From Pseudoalteromonas tetraodonis (GTDB lineage Bacteria > Pseudomonadota > Gammaproteobacteria > Enterobacterales > Alteromonadaceae): DNA of 32,000 bases. Both the position numbers and the translations under genes were made by a program. Shown here in pieces: positions 23,577 through 32,000 of this stretch. Every line of letters begins with the position of its first letter. The first letter of the stretch is position 1. Location of the stretch: contig NZ_CP011041.1 of assembly GCF_002310835.1 (NCBI RefSeq), positions 1 through 32,000 on the forward strand. The letters run 5' to 3'. The notes under the pieces are model-generated. The model was not told where the DNA came from and searched no databases. It saw only the letters and a list, made by a program, of their open reading frames with translations.

Positions 23577-24872
23577 CTAGGCTTTTTTAACTAATTTAGC
23601 GTAGTAAAAACCGTCACTTTCGCCTGGTAATAACTGCAAGCCTGGTGTGGTTTTAGTGTCTTCGCTGTGCAAAGGAATATGCTCTGCGTCTTCATTATTA
23701 GCTAAAAACTTAGCAACTTGTTGTTGGTTTTCTTGTGGAAGCACCGAACAGGTTGCATACACCAATGTACCGCCTGGCTTTAACAATGGCCAAATGCTGT
23801 CGAGTATATCGCCTTGGAGGGTCGATAAATCGTTAATGTCGGATGCGCGACGTAACCATTTAATATCTGGGTGACGACGAATTACGCCAGTTGCAGAGCA
23901 GGGTACATCTAACAAAATACGATCAAACTGTTCTTCATCCCACCAAGTGTGAGGTTGCGATGCATCACCACATTGTAAGTCGGCGCCCAAACCTATGCGT
24001 TCTAGGTTTTGTTTAACACGTTCTAGGCGTGCGGCATCGCTATCAAGCGCAAGCACATCTGCGTCGGCAAGCTCTAAAATATGGCAGGTTTTACCACCAG
24101 GCGCTGCGCAGGCATCGAGTATTGAATCACCATTTTGTGGGTCTAGATAGCGTGCAGCAAGCTGCGCTGCCGCATCTTGTACTGAACAGGCACCGGTATC
24201 AAACTCAGGAAGTGAAAACACATCGCGTGGTTTGCTTAGTTTAATGCCATCAATAAAATCAGGATTTAGAGTATGTTCAATATCGTTAGCGGTTAGCATT
24301 TCGCTATATTCTTGGGTGCTAAACTGCGATTGATTCACTCGAAGCCACATTGGCGCTTGTTGCTGATTAGCTTCTAGAATGTCTTCCCAGCTATCTGGGT
24401 AGGCTTCTTTTACTTGCTTTATAAACCAGTTTGGATGGTTGTATAAACACACTGGAATCTGTTTGGCTTTTTCTTCAAGCTCAACTTGTTGGCGCTGAAA
24501 GCTTCGTAAAATGGCGTTAATAAGCCCTTTTAAGCCAAGAGCGCGTAATTGCTGTAACGCATTAACTGTTTCGCTAATTGCTGCATGCGGCGGTACACGC
24601 ATGTGTTGTAGTTGGTAAATACCCACATACAACAAAAACTGGAAAATACGGCGTTTGCCTTTAAGCGGTTGTTCTACTAAATGCTGGCAATAATTTTCTA
24701 GGCTAGGTAAGTAACGTAATACTCCATAGCAAATTTGCTGCAGTAAGGCTTTATCTTTAGGAGATAGGCCTTGGCTAGCGAAAGGGAGTTCTTGATTAAG
24801 CGATGCGCCTTTATCAACCACGTTATATAAAGTTTCAGCGGCTAGCGCTCTGACATTGCTTATATTACTCAT
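23577..24872 (-). CDS. rsmB: 16S rRNA (cytosine967-C5)-methyltransferase RsmB/Sun
   Basis: 431 aa. N-terminal NusB-like region, SAM motif [10 protein letters not shown], catalytic cysteines [15 protein letters not shown] and YATCS. Its ATG overlaps the fmt stop by 8 nt (ATGAGTAA). Confidence 0.93.
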   Translation of the reverse strand: MSNISNVRALAAETLYNVVDKGASLNQELPFASQGLSPKDKALLQQICYGVLRYLPSLENYCQHLVEQPLKGKRRIFQFLLYVGIYQLQHMRVPPHAAISETVNALQQLRALGLKGLINAILRSFQRQQVELEEKAKQIPVCLYNHPNWFIKQVKEAYPDSWEDILEANQQQAPMWLRVNQSQFSTQEYSEMLTANDIEHTLNPDFIDGIKLSKPRDVFSLPEFDTGACSVQDAAAQLAARYLDPQNGDSILDACAAPGGKTCHILELADADVLALDSDAARLERVKQNLERIGLGADLQCGDASQPHTWWDEEQFDRILLDVPCSATGVIRRHPDIKWLRRASDINDLSTLQGDILDSIWPLLKPGGTLVYATCSVLPQENQQQVAKFLANNEDAEHIPLHSEDTKTTPGLQLLPGESDGFYYAKLVKKA

Positions 24873-25818
24873 TATTTTCGCCTAATACGGTGCCGGGTGT
24901 GACCCAGTCGCTACGACCGTTTAAAAAATCATTAATTGCCATTGGCTTTTTGCCTTGTGGTTGTAATTCGCCAATAGATAAAGCGTGTTTACCACAAGCC
25001 ACAACGATACCGTTTTTATCACTTGTTAATACAGTGCCAGCTGCGCCTGATTGTTCAACCACGTTTGCTTGGTATATTTTTACCGTATTACCACGCATTT
25101 GGGTAAAGCATACTGGCCATGGGTTAAAGGCACGAATATTACGCTCGATTTGCTCGGCATCCATAGACCAATCAATGTTGGCTTCGTCTTTTGAGAGCTT
25201 TTTAGCGTAATTGGCATCGGCGTCGTTCTGTGGTTCAGGCGTTATGTCCCCGTTAGCTAAACGATTTATGGTGTCGATTAATGCACCAGGTCCCAGTTCA
25301 GCAAGCTTAGTGTATAAGCTTGCACTGGTTTCAGTACTATCAATAGGGCAGCGGCTAATATGCAGCATATCGCCGGTATCTAGCCCTTCATCCATTTGCA
25401 TTATGGTTACACCGGTTTGCTGATCGCCTGCCCAAATAGCGCGTTGAATAGGTGCGGCGCCACGCCAGCGCGGTAAAATAGAACCATGTACATTTAAACA
25501 CCCTAAACGTGGGGCATCTAAAATGGCTTTAGGTAAAATTAAACCGTAGGCAACGACAATCATGATATCGGCATTGAGGCTGCTTAGCTCTTCAAGTGCG
25601 TCGTCTGTTTTGAGTGATTGCGGTTGAAAAACGGGTAGGTCATGTTCTAATGCAAGCGCTTTTACTTCACTGGCTTTTAGTTTTTTTCCGCGACCCGCTG
25701 GACGATCTGGTTGACTGTAAACGCCCACTATTTGGTGTTCACTATTTATGAGTGCTTGCAGATGGCGTGCAGCAAAGTCCGGCGTACCGGCAAATATAAT
25801 GCGTAATGGTTGTGTCAC
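24865..25818 (-). CDS. fmt: Methionyl-tRNA formyltransferase
   Basis: 317 aa. [10 protein letters not shown] at the N-terminus, [20 protein letters not shown] motif. def-fmt order. Confidence 0.95.
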   Translation of the reverse strand: MTQPLRIIFAGTPDFAARHLQALINSEHQIVGVYSQPDRPAGRGKKLKASEVKALALEHDLPVFQPQSLKTDDALEELSSLNADIMIVVAYGLILPKAILDAPRLGCLNVHGSILPRWRGAAPIQRAIWAGDQQTGVTIMQMDEGLDTGDMLHISRCPIDSTETSASLYTKLAELGPGALIDTINRLANGDITPEPQNDADANYAKKLSKDEANIDWSMDAEQIERNIRAFNPWPVCFTQMRGNTVKIYQANVVEQSGAAGTVLTSDKNGIVVACGKHALSIGELQPQGKKPMAINDFLNGRSDWVTPGTVLGENNE

Positions 25819-25849
25819 TGAGTTTCCTAATTATTTACTAAGGTGCTTA

Positions 25850-26356
25850 TTACTGCGCTGCAAACTTCGCTTCTTTTTCAAGCTTTTTACGAATGCGTTG
25901 GCGCTTTAATGGAGATAAATAATCAATAAATAATTTACCTTGAAGGTGATCAAGTTCATGCTGAATACAAATCGCTAATAATTCGTCAGCATCAAGAATA
26001 AATTCTTTACCTTCTTCGTTCAGTGCAGCTACGGTAACGGTTTCTGCACGGTCAACTTTTGCATACGAATGAGGAACTGATAAACAGCCTTCTTCGCTCA
26101 CGGTTGAGCCATCTTTTTTGATAATTTGCGGATTGATAAGCACGAGTGGTTCATTGCGCTCTTCTGATACGTCGATCACCACAATACGCTGGTGAATATC
26201 AACCTGTGTAGCAGCAAGCCCAATACCATTTTCATCGTACATAGTTTCTAGCATATCTTTGACAATTTCACGCACTTGATCGTCAACAACAGTTACTTCT
26301 TTTGCGATTGTACGTAAACGTTCATCTGGAAATCTTAAAACTTCTAACCTAGCCAT
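25850..26356 (-). CDS. def: Peptide deformylase
   Basis: 168 aa. The three PDF motifs [13 protein letters not shown] and HELDH. Confidence 0.96.
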   Translation of the reverse strand: MARLEVLRFPDERLRTIAKEVTVVDDQVREIVKDMLETMYDENGIGLAATQVDIHQRIVVIDVSEERNEPLVLINPQIIKKDGSTVSEEGCLSVPHSYAKVDRAETVTVAALNEEGKEFILDADELLAICIQHELDHLQGKLFIDYLSPLKRQRIRKKLEKEAKFAAQ

Positions 26357-26475
26357 AGTTACCTTTTACACTTATGCTTAAATTTAGGGTATTGTATGTT
26401 CTTATTTTAGCCATTCACGTTCCCCTTTAACAGGTTTTGGTTAATAATAATGAAAAAACACTATGAGGAAGCTCA

Positions 26476-27597
26476 ATGAAATCTCCATTAATTGCAATTA
26501 TACTTGCATTAGGTGCAACTTTTCCTGTGCTGGCAGATGTACTAACTATAAAAAAAGATGCACCTAAACAGTATGTTGTGAAAAAAGGTGACACGCTTTG
26601 GGATATCTCAGCTATATATCTAAACGAACCTTGGTTATGGCCTGAACTATGGCAAATGAATCCACAAATAGACAACCCTCACCTTATTTATCCGGGAGAT
26701 GCGTTAGCATTAATTTACGATACAGACGGTAATCCGCGTTTAGTGATTAATAAAGCGTATCGAAAGCTATCACCTATGGGACGTATTACGCCAAAAGGGA
26801 AAGATGCGATAACAACTTTACCTCTTGCGTTGATTAAACCGTATTTGTCGTTTGAGCAAGCTATTAACAGCGATTCGATAAAAGAAAAGCCCTATATTTT
26901 GGGCGCCAACGAAAATACCAAAACCCAAACTATTGACCATATTTTATATGTAAAAGGTAACTTAAAACGTCATCAGGCATATGCTATTTATCATAAAGGT
27001 GCGCCTTATACTGACCCTAATACCGGTGAAGAGTTAGCGAGTAGAGCATCTTATGTGGGTATGGCTCGTGCATTTAGAACAGGTGATGCGGCCAATGGCG
27101 AACCTGCCTCAGTAAGAGTTGAATCAGTAAAACGTGAGATCAAACAGGGTGACTTTTTATTACCTGCAATGGAAGGGCAGATGCTGCCAGTATATTTTGA
27201 GATGCATCGTCCTGAACAGCCAATGCAGGGTCAAGTGATTGCCTCTCCGCGCGAGGTGAGAGAATTTAGCACGATGGATGTAGTGGTGCTAAACTTAGGT
27301 TCAGAGCAACAAGTTAAAGTAGGTCATGTACTGGATATTGAACGTCAGTCACCTAAGGTGATTGATAGTGCCAGAGGCCCGCGTTATACCGAAGATTCAA
27401 GTCGTTTAGAAAAATTGGTATCGGCTACTAGCGAATTATTTGGCTCAGAAACCGATGAAGATAGCGTTACTTGGAAAATGCCAGCAGAGAAAGTTGGTGA
27501 AATGATTATTTTTAAAGTGTATGACAAAGTTAGTTATGCGCTGATCACTAAAAATCAGCACCCAATTCGCATTGGAGATTTGGCAGTAATTCATTAA
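26476..27597 (+). CDS. LysM peptidoglycan-binding protein, TsaP-like
   Basis: 373 aa. Signal peptide, N-terminal LysM (YVVKKGDTLWDISAIYL...IYPGDAL). Divergent from def and upstream of dprA, the same position as the LysM gene PA0020 (tsaP) in P. aeruginosa as I recall that locus. Confidence 0.8.
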   Translation: MKSPLIAIILALGATFPVLADVLTIKKDAPKQYVVKKGDTLWDISAIYLNEPWLWPELWQMNPQIDNPHLIYPGDALALIYDTDGNPRLVINKAYRKLSPMGRITPKGKDAITTLPLALIKPYLSFEQAINSDSIKEKPYILGANENTKTQTIDHILYVKGNLKRHQAYAIYHKGAPYTDPNTGEELASRASYVGMARAFRTGDAANGEPASVRVESVKREIKQGDFLLPAMEGQMLPVYFEMHRPEQPMQGQVIASPREVREFSTMDVVVLNLGSEQQVKVGHVLDIERQSPKVIDSARGPRYTEDSSRLEKLVSATSELFGSETDEDSVTWKMPAEKVGEMIIFKVYDKVSYALITKNQHPIRIGDLAVIH

Positions 27598-27625
27598 GTA
27601 GCGAGTCGGTGTTCTAGGAGGGAAC

Positions 27626-28717
27626 ATGGAGCAATCGTTTGGCAAGCTAAGCCATTGGCTTGCCTTTTACTTATGCAAAGGGCTTGGAATAAAAACGCTA
27701 TTAGCCCTCTCTAAGCAGCACAGTTTAGAGTCGCTGTTTTCCTTATCGCATTCCCAGCTGGTTATGTTGGGCTTAACAGCGAGCCAAGCAAGCAATTTAC
27801 GTAATACAAATTGGCAGCAAGTTGCGCATTATGAACAGCTTATTAGCCAGCAACATATTATTGTTATTAGTATTTTTGATACCACCTACCCAGAACACCT
27901 AAAACAAATAGCCAGTGCGCCATTATTACTTTTTTGTAAAGGCGATATCAGCTTACTGTCTTCTCCACAAATTGCGATTGTTGGCAGTCGAAATGCAACC
28001 ACCACAGGACTTGAAATTGCTGCAGAATTTGCACATCAGCTAACGCTTGCTGGCATAACAGTAACCTCTGGTATGGCGCGTGGCATTGATGGTGCTGCCC
28101 ATAAAGGAGCGCTGGCAGGAAATGGTAAAACCATTGCCGTACTAGGGACTGGTGTTGATGTTTATTACCCTAAACGCCATAAGTTACTTACAGATCAAGT
28201 ATTAACACAGGGTTTATTGGTAAGTGAGTTTTTACCGGGCACCGCGGCCAACGCGCATAACTTTCCACGGCGTAATCGTATTATTTCAGGACTCTCTTTA
28301 GGCGTTTTAATTGTTGAAGCCGAAATTAAAAGTGGCTCACTGATCACCGTACGTTATGCGCTTGAACAAAATAAAGACGTTTTTGCGGTGCCAGGCTCAA
28401 TTAAAAACCCGCTGGCACAAGCAAGTCATTTTTTAATTAAGCAAGGTGCTAAGCTGGTAGAAAACGTCGCCGATATTCTTGATGAGATGAACTTTTCATA
28501 CCCTTCTGGTCTAAACTATAAAGAGTTAACTGATGCTGTAACCTCAGATTGCGAGGTGCTTAACAGTATTGGTTTTGAGGTGACCAGTGTGGACGATATT
28601 ATGCGTCGAGTACAGTGGCCAATTGATAAAGTACAAGCGCGATTGCTTGATTTAGAGTTAGACGATCAAATTGAACGTGTATTAGACGGCTATATTAAAT
28701 TAAGCGCTGGAGGATAA
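27626..28717 (+). CDS. dprA: DNA-processing protein DprA (Smf)
   Basis: 363 aa. Rossmann-like core IAIVGSRNAT...GMARGIDGAAHKGAL...FPRRNRIISGLS...VVEA..KSGSLIT typical of DprA. AGGAGGGA RBS. Confidence 0.92.
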   Translation: MEQSFGKLSHWLAFYLCKGLGIKTLLALSKQHSLESLFSLSHSQLVMLGLTASQASNLRNTNWQQVAHYEQLISQQHIIVISIFDTTYPEHLKQIASAPLLLFCKGDISLLSSPQIAIVGSRNATTTGLEIAAEFAHQLTLAGITVTSGMARGIDGAAHKGALAGNGKTIAVLGTGVDVYYPKRHKLLTDQVLTQGLLVSEFLPGTAANAHNFPRRNRIISGLSLGVLIVEAEIKSGSLITVRYALEQNKDVFAVPGSIKNPLAQASHFLIKQGAKLVENVADILDEMNFSYPSGLNYKELTDAVTSDCEVLNSIGFEVTSVDDIMRRVQWPIDKVQARLLDLELDDQIERVLDGYIKLSAGG

Positions 28718-28718
28718 T

Positions 28719-29192
28719 ATGTTTGATATTCTCATGTATTTATTTGAAAACTATGTTCACAGCGAAAGCGATGTATTTGTTGAGCAAAGCACACTTACCG
28801 ATGAGTTACTTCGCGCTGGGTTTAACAAACCCGAAATTAACAAAGCCATTGACTGGTTAGATCAACTTGCCGCATTACAATACAGCAATGAATCGCCTTA
28901 TTTATTAGCCACTCCACAACATGCAGTGCGTATTTTTACCGACAGTGAGTGCCAAGTTCTCGACACCGAGTGTCGCGGCTTTTTAATGTTTGTTGAACAA
29001 ACGGGCGTTATTAATAGCACCACTCGTGAAATGGTGATGGACCGTTTAGCGGCGCTTGATAATTCAGCTATTACTTTGGAAGATTTAAAATGGTTAATTC
29101 TTATGGTGTTATTTAACGCCCCTGATTCTCAGCAGGCGTATGAGCAAATGGAAGATCTTATTTTTGATGAGCCCAGTGAAGTGTTACATTAA
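28719..29192 (+). CDS. smg: Smg protein (DUF494)
   Basis: 157 aa. MFDILMYLFENY... is the characteristic Smg N-terminus. Starts 1 nt after the dprA stop. Confidence 0.88.
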   Translation: MFDILMYLFENYVHSESDVFVEQSTLTDELLRAGFNKPEINKAIDWLDQLAALQYSNESPYLLATPQHAVRIFTDSECQVLDTECRGFLMFVEQTGVINSTTREMVMDRLAALDNSAITLEDLKWLILMVLFNAPDSQQAYEQMEDLIFDEPSEVLH

Positions 29193-29330
29193 CAGGTTCA
29201 CGACTAATGATGTGAGTAATCATTATTGCGTGTTTTATTATTTTCAGCGTTAACAAACCGACTACCATAGCTTGTATCTTTAAGGGTTTTGGGTATATTA
29301 GGCGAAAATTCACCAACCACTAGGATTTAC

Positions 29331-29906
29331 ATGAGTAAAATCGATCATTCACTTTTCTCGGCTAATAAACACGCCTTAGAAAAAGAATATGAGATATGCC
29401 CGCAATGTGGTTCAGAACTCGTCATTCGTAATAGTAAATCTGGGCCTTTTTTAGGCTGCGCTAGTTACCCTAAGTGCGATTTTATTCGCCCGCTTGCACA
29501 TCATGATAGCAATGAAATCAAAATACTTGAGGACAGCGAGTGTCCAGAGTGTAGCAAGCCGCTGGTGGTGAAAAATGGCCGCTACGGTATGTTTATTGGC
29601 TGTACCGGTTACCCTGAATGTCATTATATTGCCAGTGAGCATGACAATACGCCAAGTGAAGAGCCTGTGATTAGTTGCCCTAAATGTAAAAAAGGCCACT
29701 TGGTTTCACGCAGCAATAAATTTGGGAAAGTGTTTTATTCTTGCGACTGTTACCCAAGCTGTAAATATACGCTTAATCATAAACCTGTAGCTCAAGCGTG
29801 TCCTGTATGTGACTGGCCAGTTGTTACTGAGAAAAAAACCGCGAGTGGTGTTGTGTTACAATGCCCACAAAAAAGCTGTATGCATAAGTTTGCTGCCACT
29901 GAATAA
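29331..29906 (+). CDS. yrdD: Topoisomerase-type C4 zinc-ribbon protein (YrdD-like)
   Basis: Start trimmed to MSKIDHS (ATG 29331). Four repeats of a CPxC...G(C)xxYPxC zinc ribbon (CPQC..CASYPKC, CPEC..CTGYPEC, CPKC..CDCYPSC, CPVC..CPQKSC). Position between smg and tsaC as in E. coli. Confidence 0.8.
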   Translation: MSKIDHSLFSANKHALEKEYEICPQCGSELVIRNSKSGPFLGCASYPKCDFIRPLAHHDSNEIKILEDSECPECSKPLVVKNGRYGMFIGCTGYPECHYIASEHDNTPSEEPVISCPKCKKGHLVSRSNKFGKVFYSCDCYPSCKYTLNHKPVAQACPVCDWPVVTEKKTASGVVLQCPQKSCMHKFAATE

Positions 29907-29929
29907 CGTAAATATCTCTGGAGACAATT

Positions 29930-31413
<1,484 letters not shown>

Positions 31414-31422
31414 GAATGATAT

Positions 31423-31455
31423 GCCAGTCAATAAACTACTTATTGACTGGCTTTT
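31423..31455. terminator. Bidirectional terminator between hemF and the convergent MCP gene
   Basis: GCCAGTCAATA (31423-31433) pairs with TATTGACTGGC (31441-31451), followed by TTTT on the + strand. Confidence 0.8.
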
Positions 31456-31459
31456 AAGG

Positions 31460-32000
31460 TTATTGTTTTAGTTTAAAGCTTCGTACCTGCTCATCTAACG
31501 AGCGAGCTAAATTGAGTAACTCTTCACTGACTTTTTGATTTTCATCCGCATCCACTAACGATTGCTCTGCATTATCACTGATACCAACAACGCTTCTGTT
31601 TATTTCTTCTGCGGCTTGGTTTTGCTGCTCTGTCGCATCGGCTATTTGTATATTTAGCTCATTTATTTCATTCATTTGGCTAGAAATATCTTTTAAAGCC
31701 TGTGCAACTTGTTGTACTTGTTGCGCTCTTTCGTCTGCCTCTGCACACGACTCACCCATGGTTTTAACTGTTTGCGCTGCTTCTGATTGTAACTTATCTA
31801 TTGTGCGACGTATTTCATCGGTAGAGGCATGAGTTCGGGTTGCTAAAGTACGTACTTCATCAGCAACAACGGCAAACCCTCGGCCTGCTTCACCTGCACG
31901 GGCAGCTTCAATGGCTGCATTAAGTGCTAATAGGTTTGTTTGTTCAGCAATACTGCTGATCACCTCAAGTACTTTGCCCACTTCAAGCGTTTGCTCTTGC
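31460..32000 (-). CDS. Methyl-accepting chemotaxis protein, C-terminal signalling domain (partial, N-terminus outside window)
   Basis: [35 protein letters not shown] is the highly conserved MCP hairpin-tip motif. The reading frame stays open to the window edge, so the Met at 31981 is internal. Confidence 0.9.
   Translation of the reverse strand, partial: QEQTLEVGKVLEVISSIAEQTNLLALNAAIEAARAGEAGRGFAVVADEVRTLATRTHASTDEIRRTIDKLQSEAAQTVKTMGESCAEADERAQQVQQVAQALKDISSQMNEINELNIQIADATEQQNQAAEEINRSVVGISDNAEQSLVDADENQKVSEELLNLARSLDEQVRSFKLKQ

Noticed and set aside
29205-29225. AT-rich hairpin TAATGAT-N7-ATCATTA after smg as a terminator
   Set aside because: The stem is a 7-bp all A/T-plus-one-G stem of low stability, and the following tract is interrupted (TTGCGTGTTTTATT). 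It is too weak to call.
31460-31981. Treating the 173-aa ORF as a complete small MCP-like protein starting at the Met at 31981
   Set aside because: The frame stays open to the window edge, and the sequence is the C-terminal cytoplasmic signalling domain of a much larger MCP. It is a truncated view, not a mini-gene.

Overview
This looks like the chromosome-start neighbourhood of a roughly 40% GC marine gammaproteobacterium. Gene order and protein sequences look like Alteromonadales, probably Pseudoalteromonas, but that taxon call is my inference, not a search result. I support 30 protein-coding genes, and almost all are core housekeeping. On the + strand: dnaA-dnaN-recF-gyrB, glyQ-glyS and a small lipoprotein. 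On the - strand: tusA and fadB-fadA. On the + strand again: slt, pepQ, yigZ, trkH. Then comes a short non-core insert, a PilZ-domain gene plus four tandem signal-peptide EF-hand genes. After it, on the - strand, come def-fmt-rsmB-trkA. On the + strand follow a LysM (TsaP-like) gene, dprA, smg, a yrdD-like zinc-ribbon gene, tsaC and hemF. A C-terminal fragment of a methyl-accepting chemotaxis protein on the - strand runs off the window. I saw no rRNA, tRNA, CRISPR array, transposase, integrase, phage genes or recognisable defence genes. The only stretch that behaves like accessory DNA is about 19.7-22.1 kb. It sits exactly between trkH and trkA and holds the c-di-GMP-receptor-type PilZ gene, a 513-bp AT-rich regulatory-looking spacer and a mosaic four-copy array of secreted 2xEF-hand mini-proteins. 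This is the best candidate for an undescribed functional module, and the functional link is hypothesis only. Other notable features are a perfect (AGCTGAT)x7 microsatellite abutting the tusA stop, a perfect DnaA box inside the putative dnaA promoter, and a FadR-like operator upstream of fadBA. Several ORF-track starts are upstream over-extensions and were trimmed.
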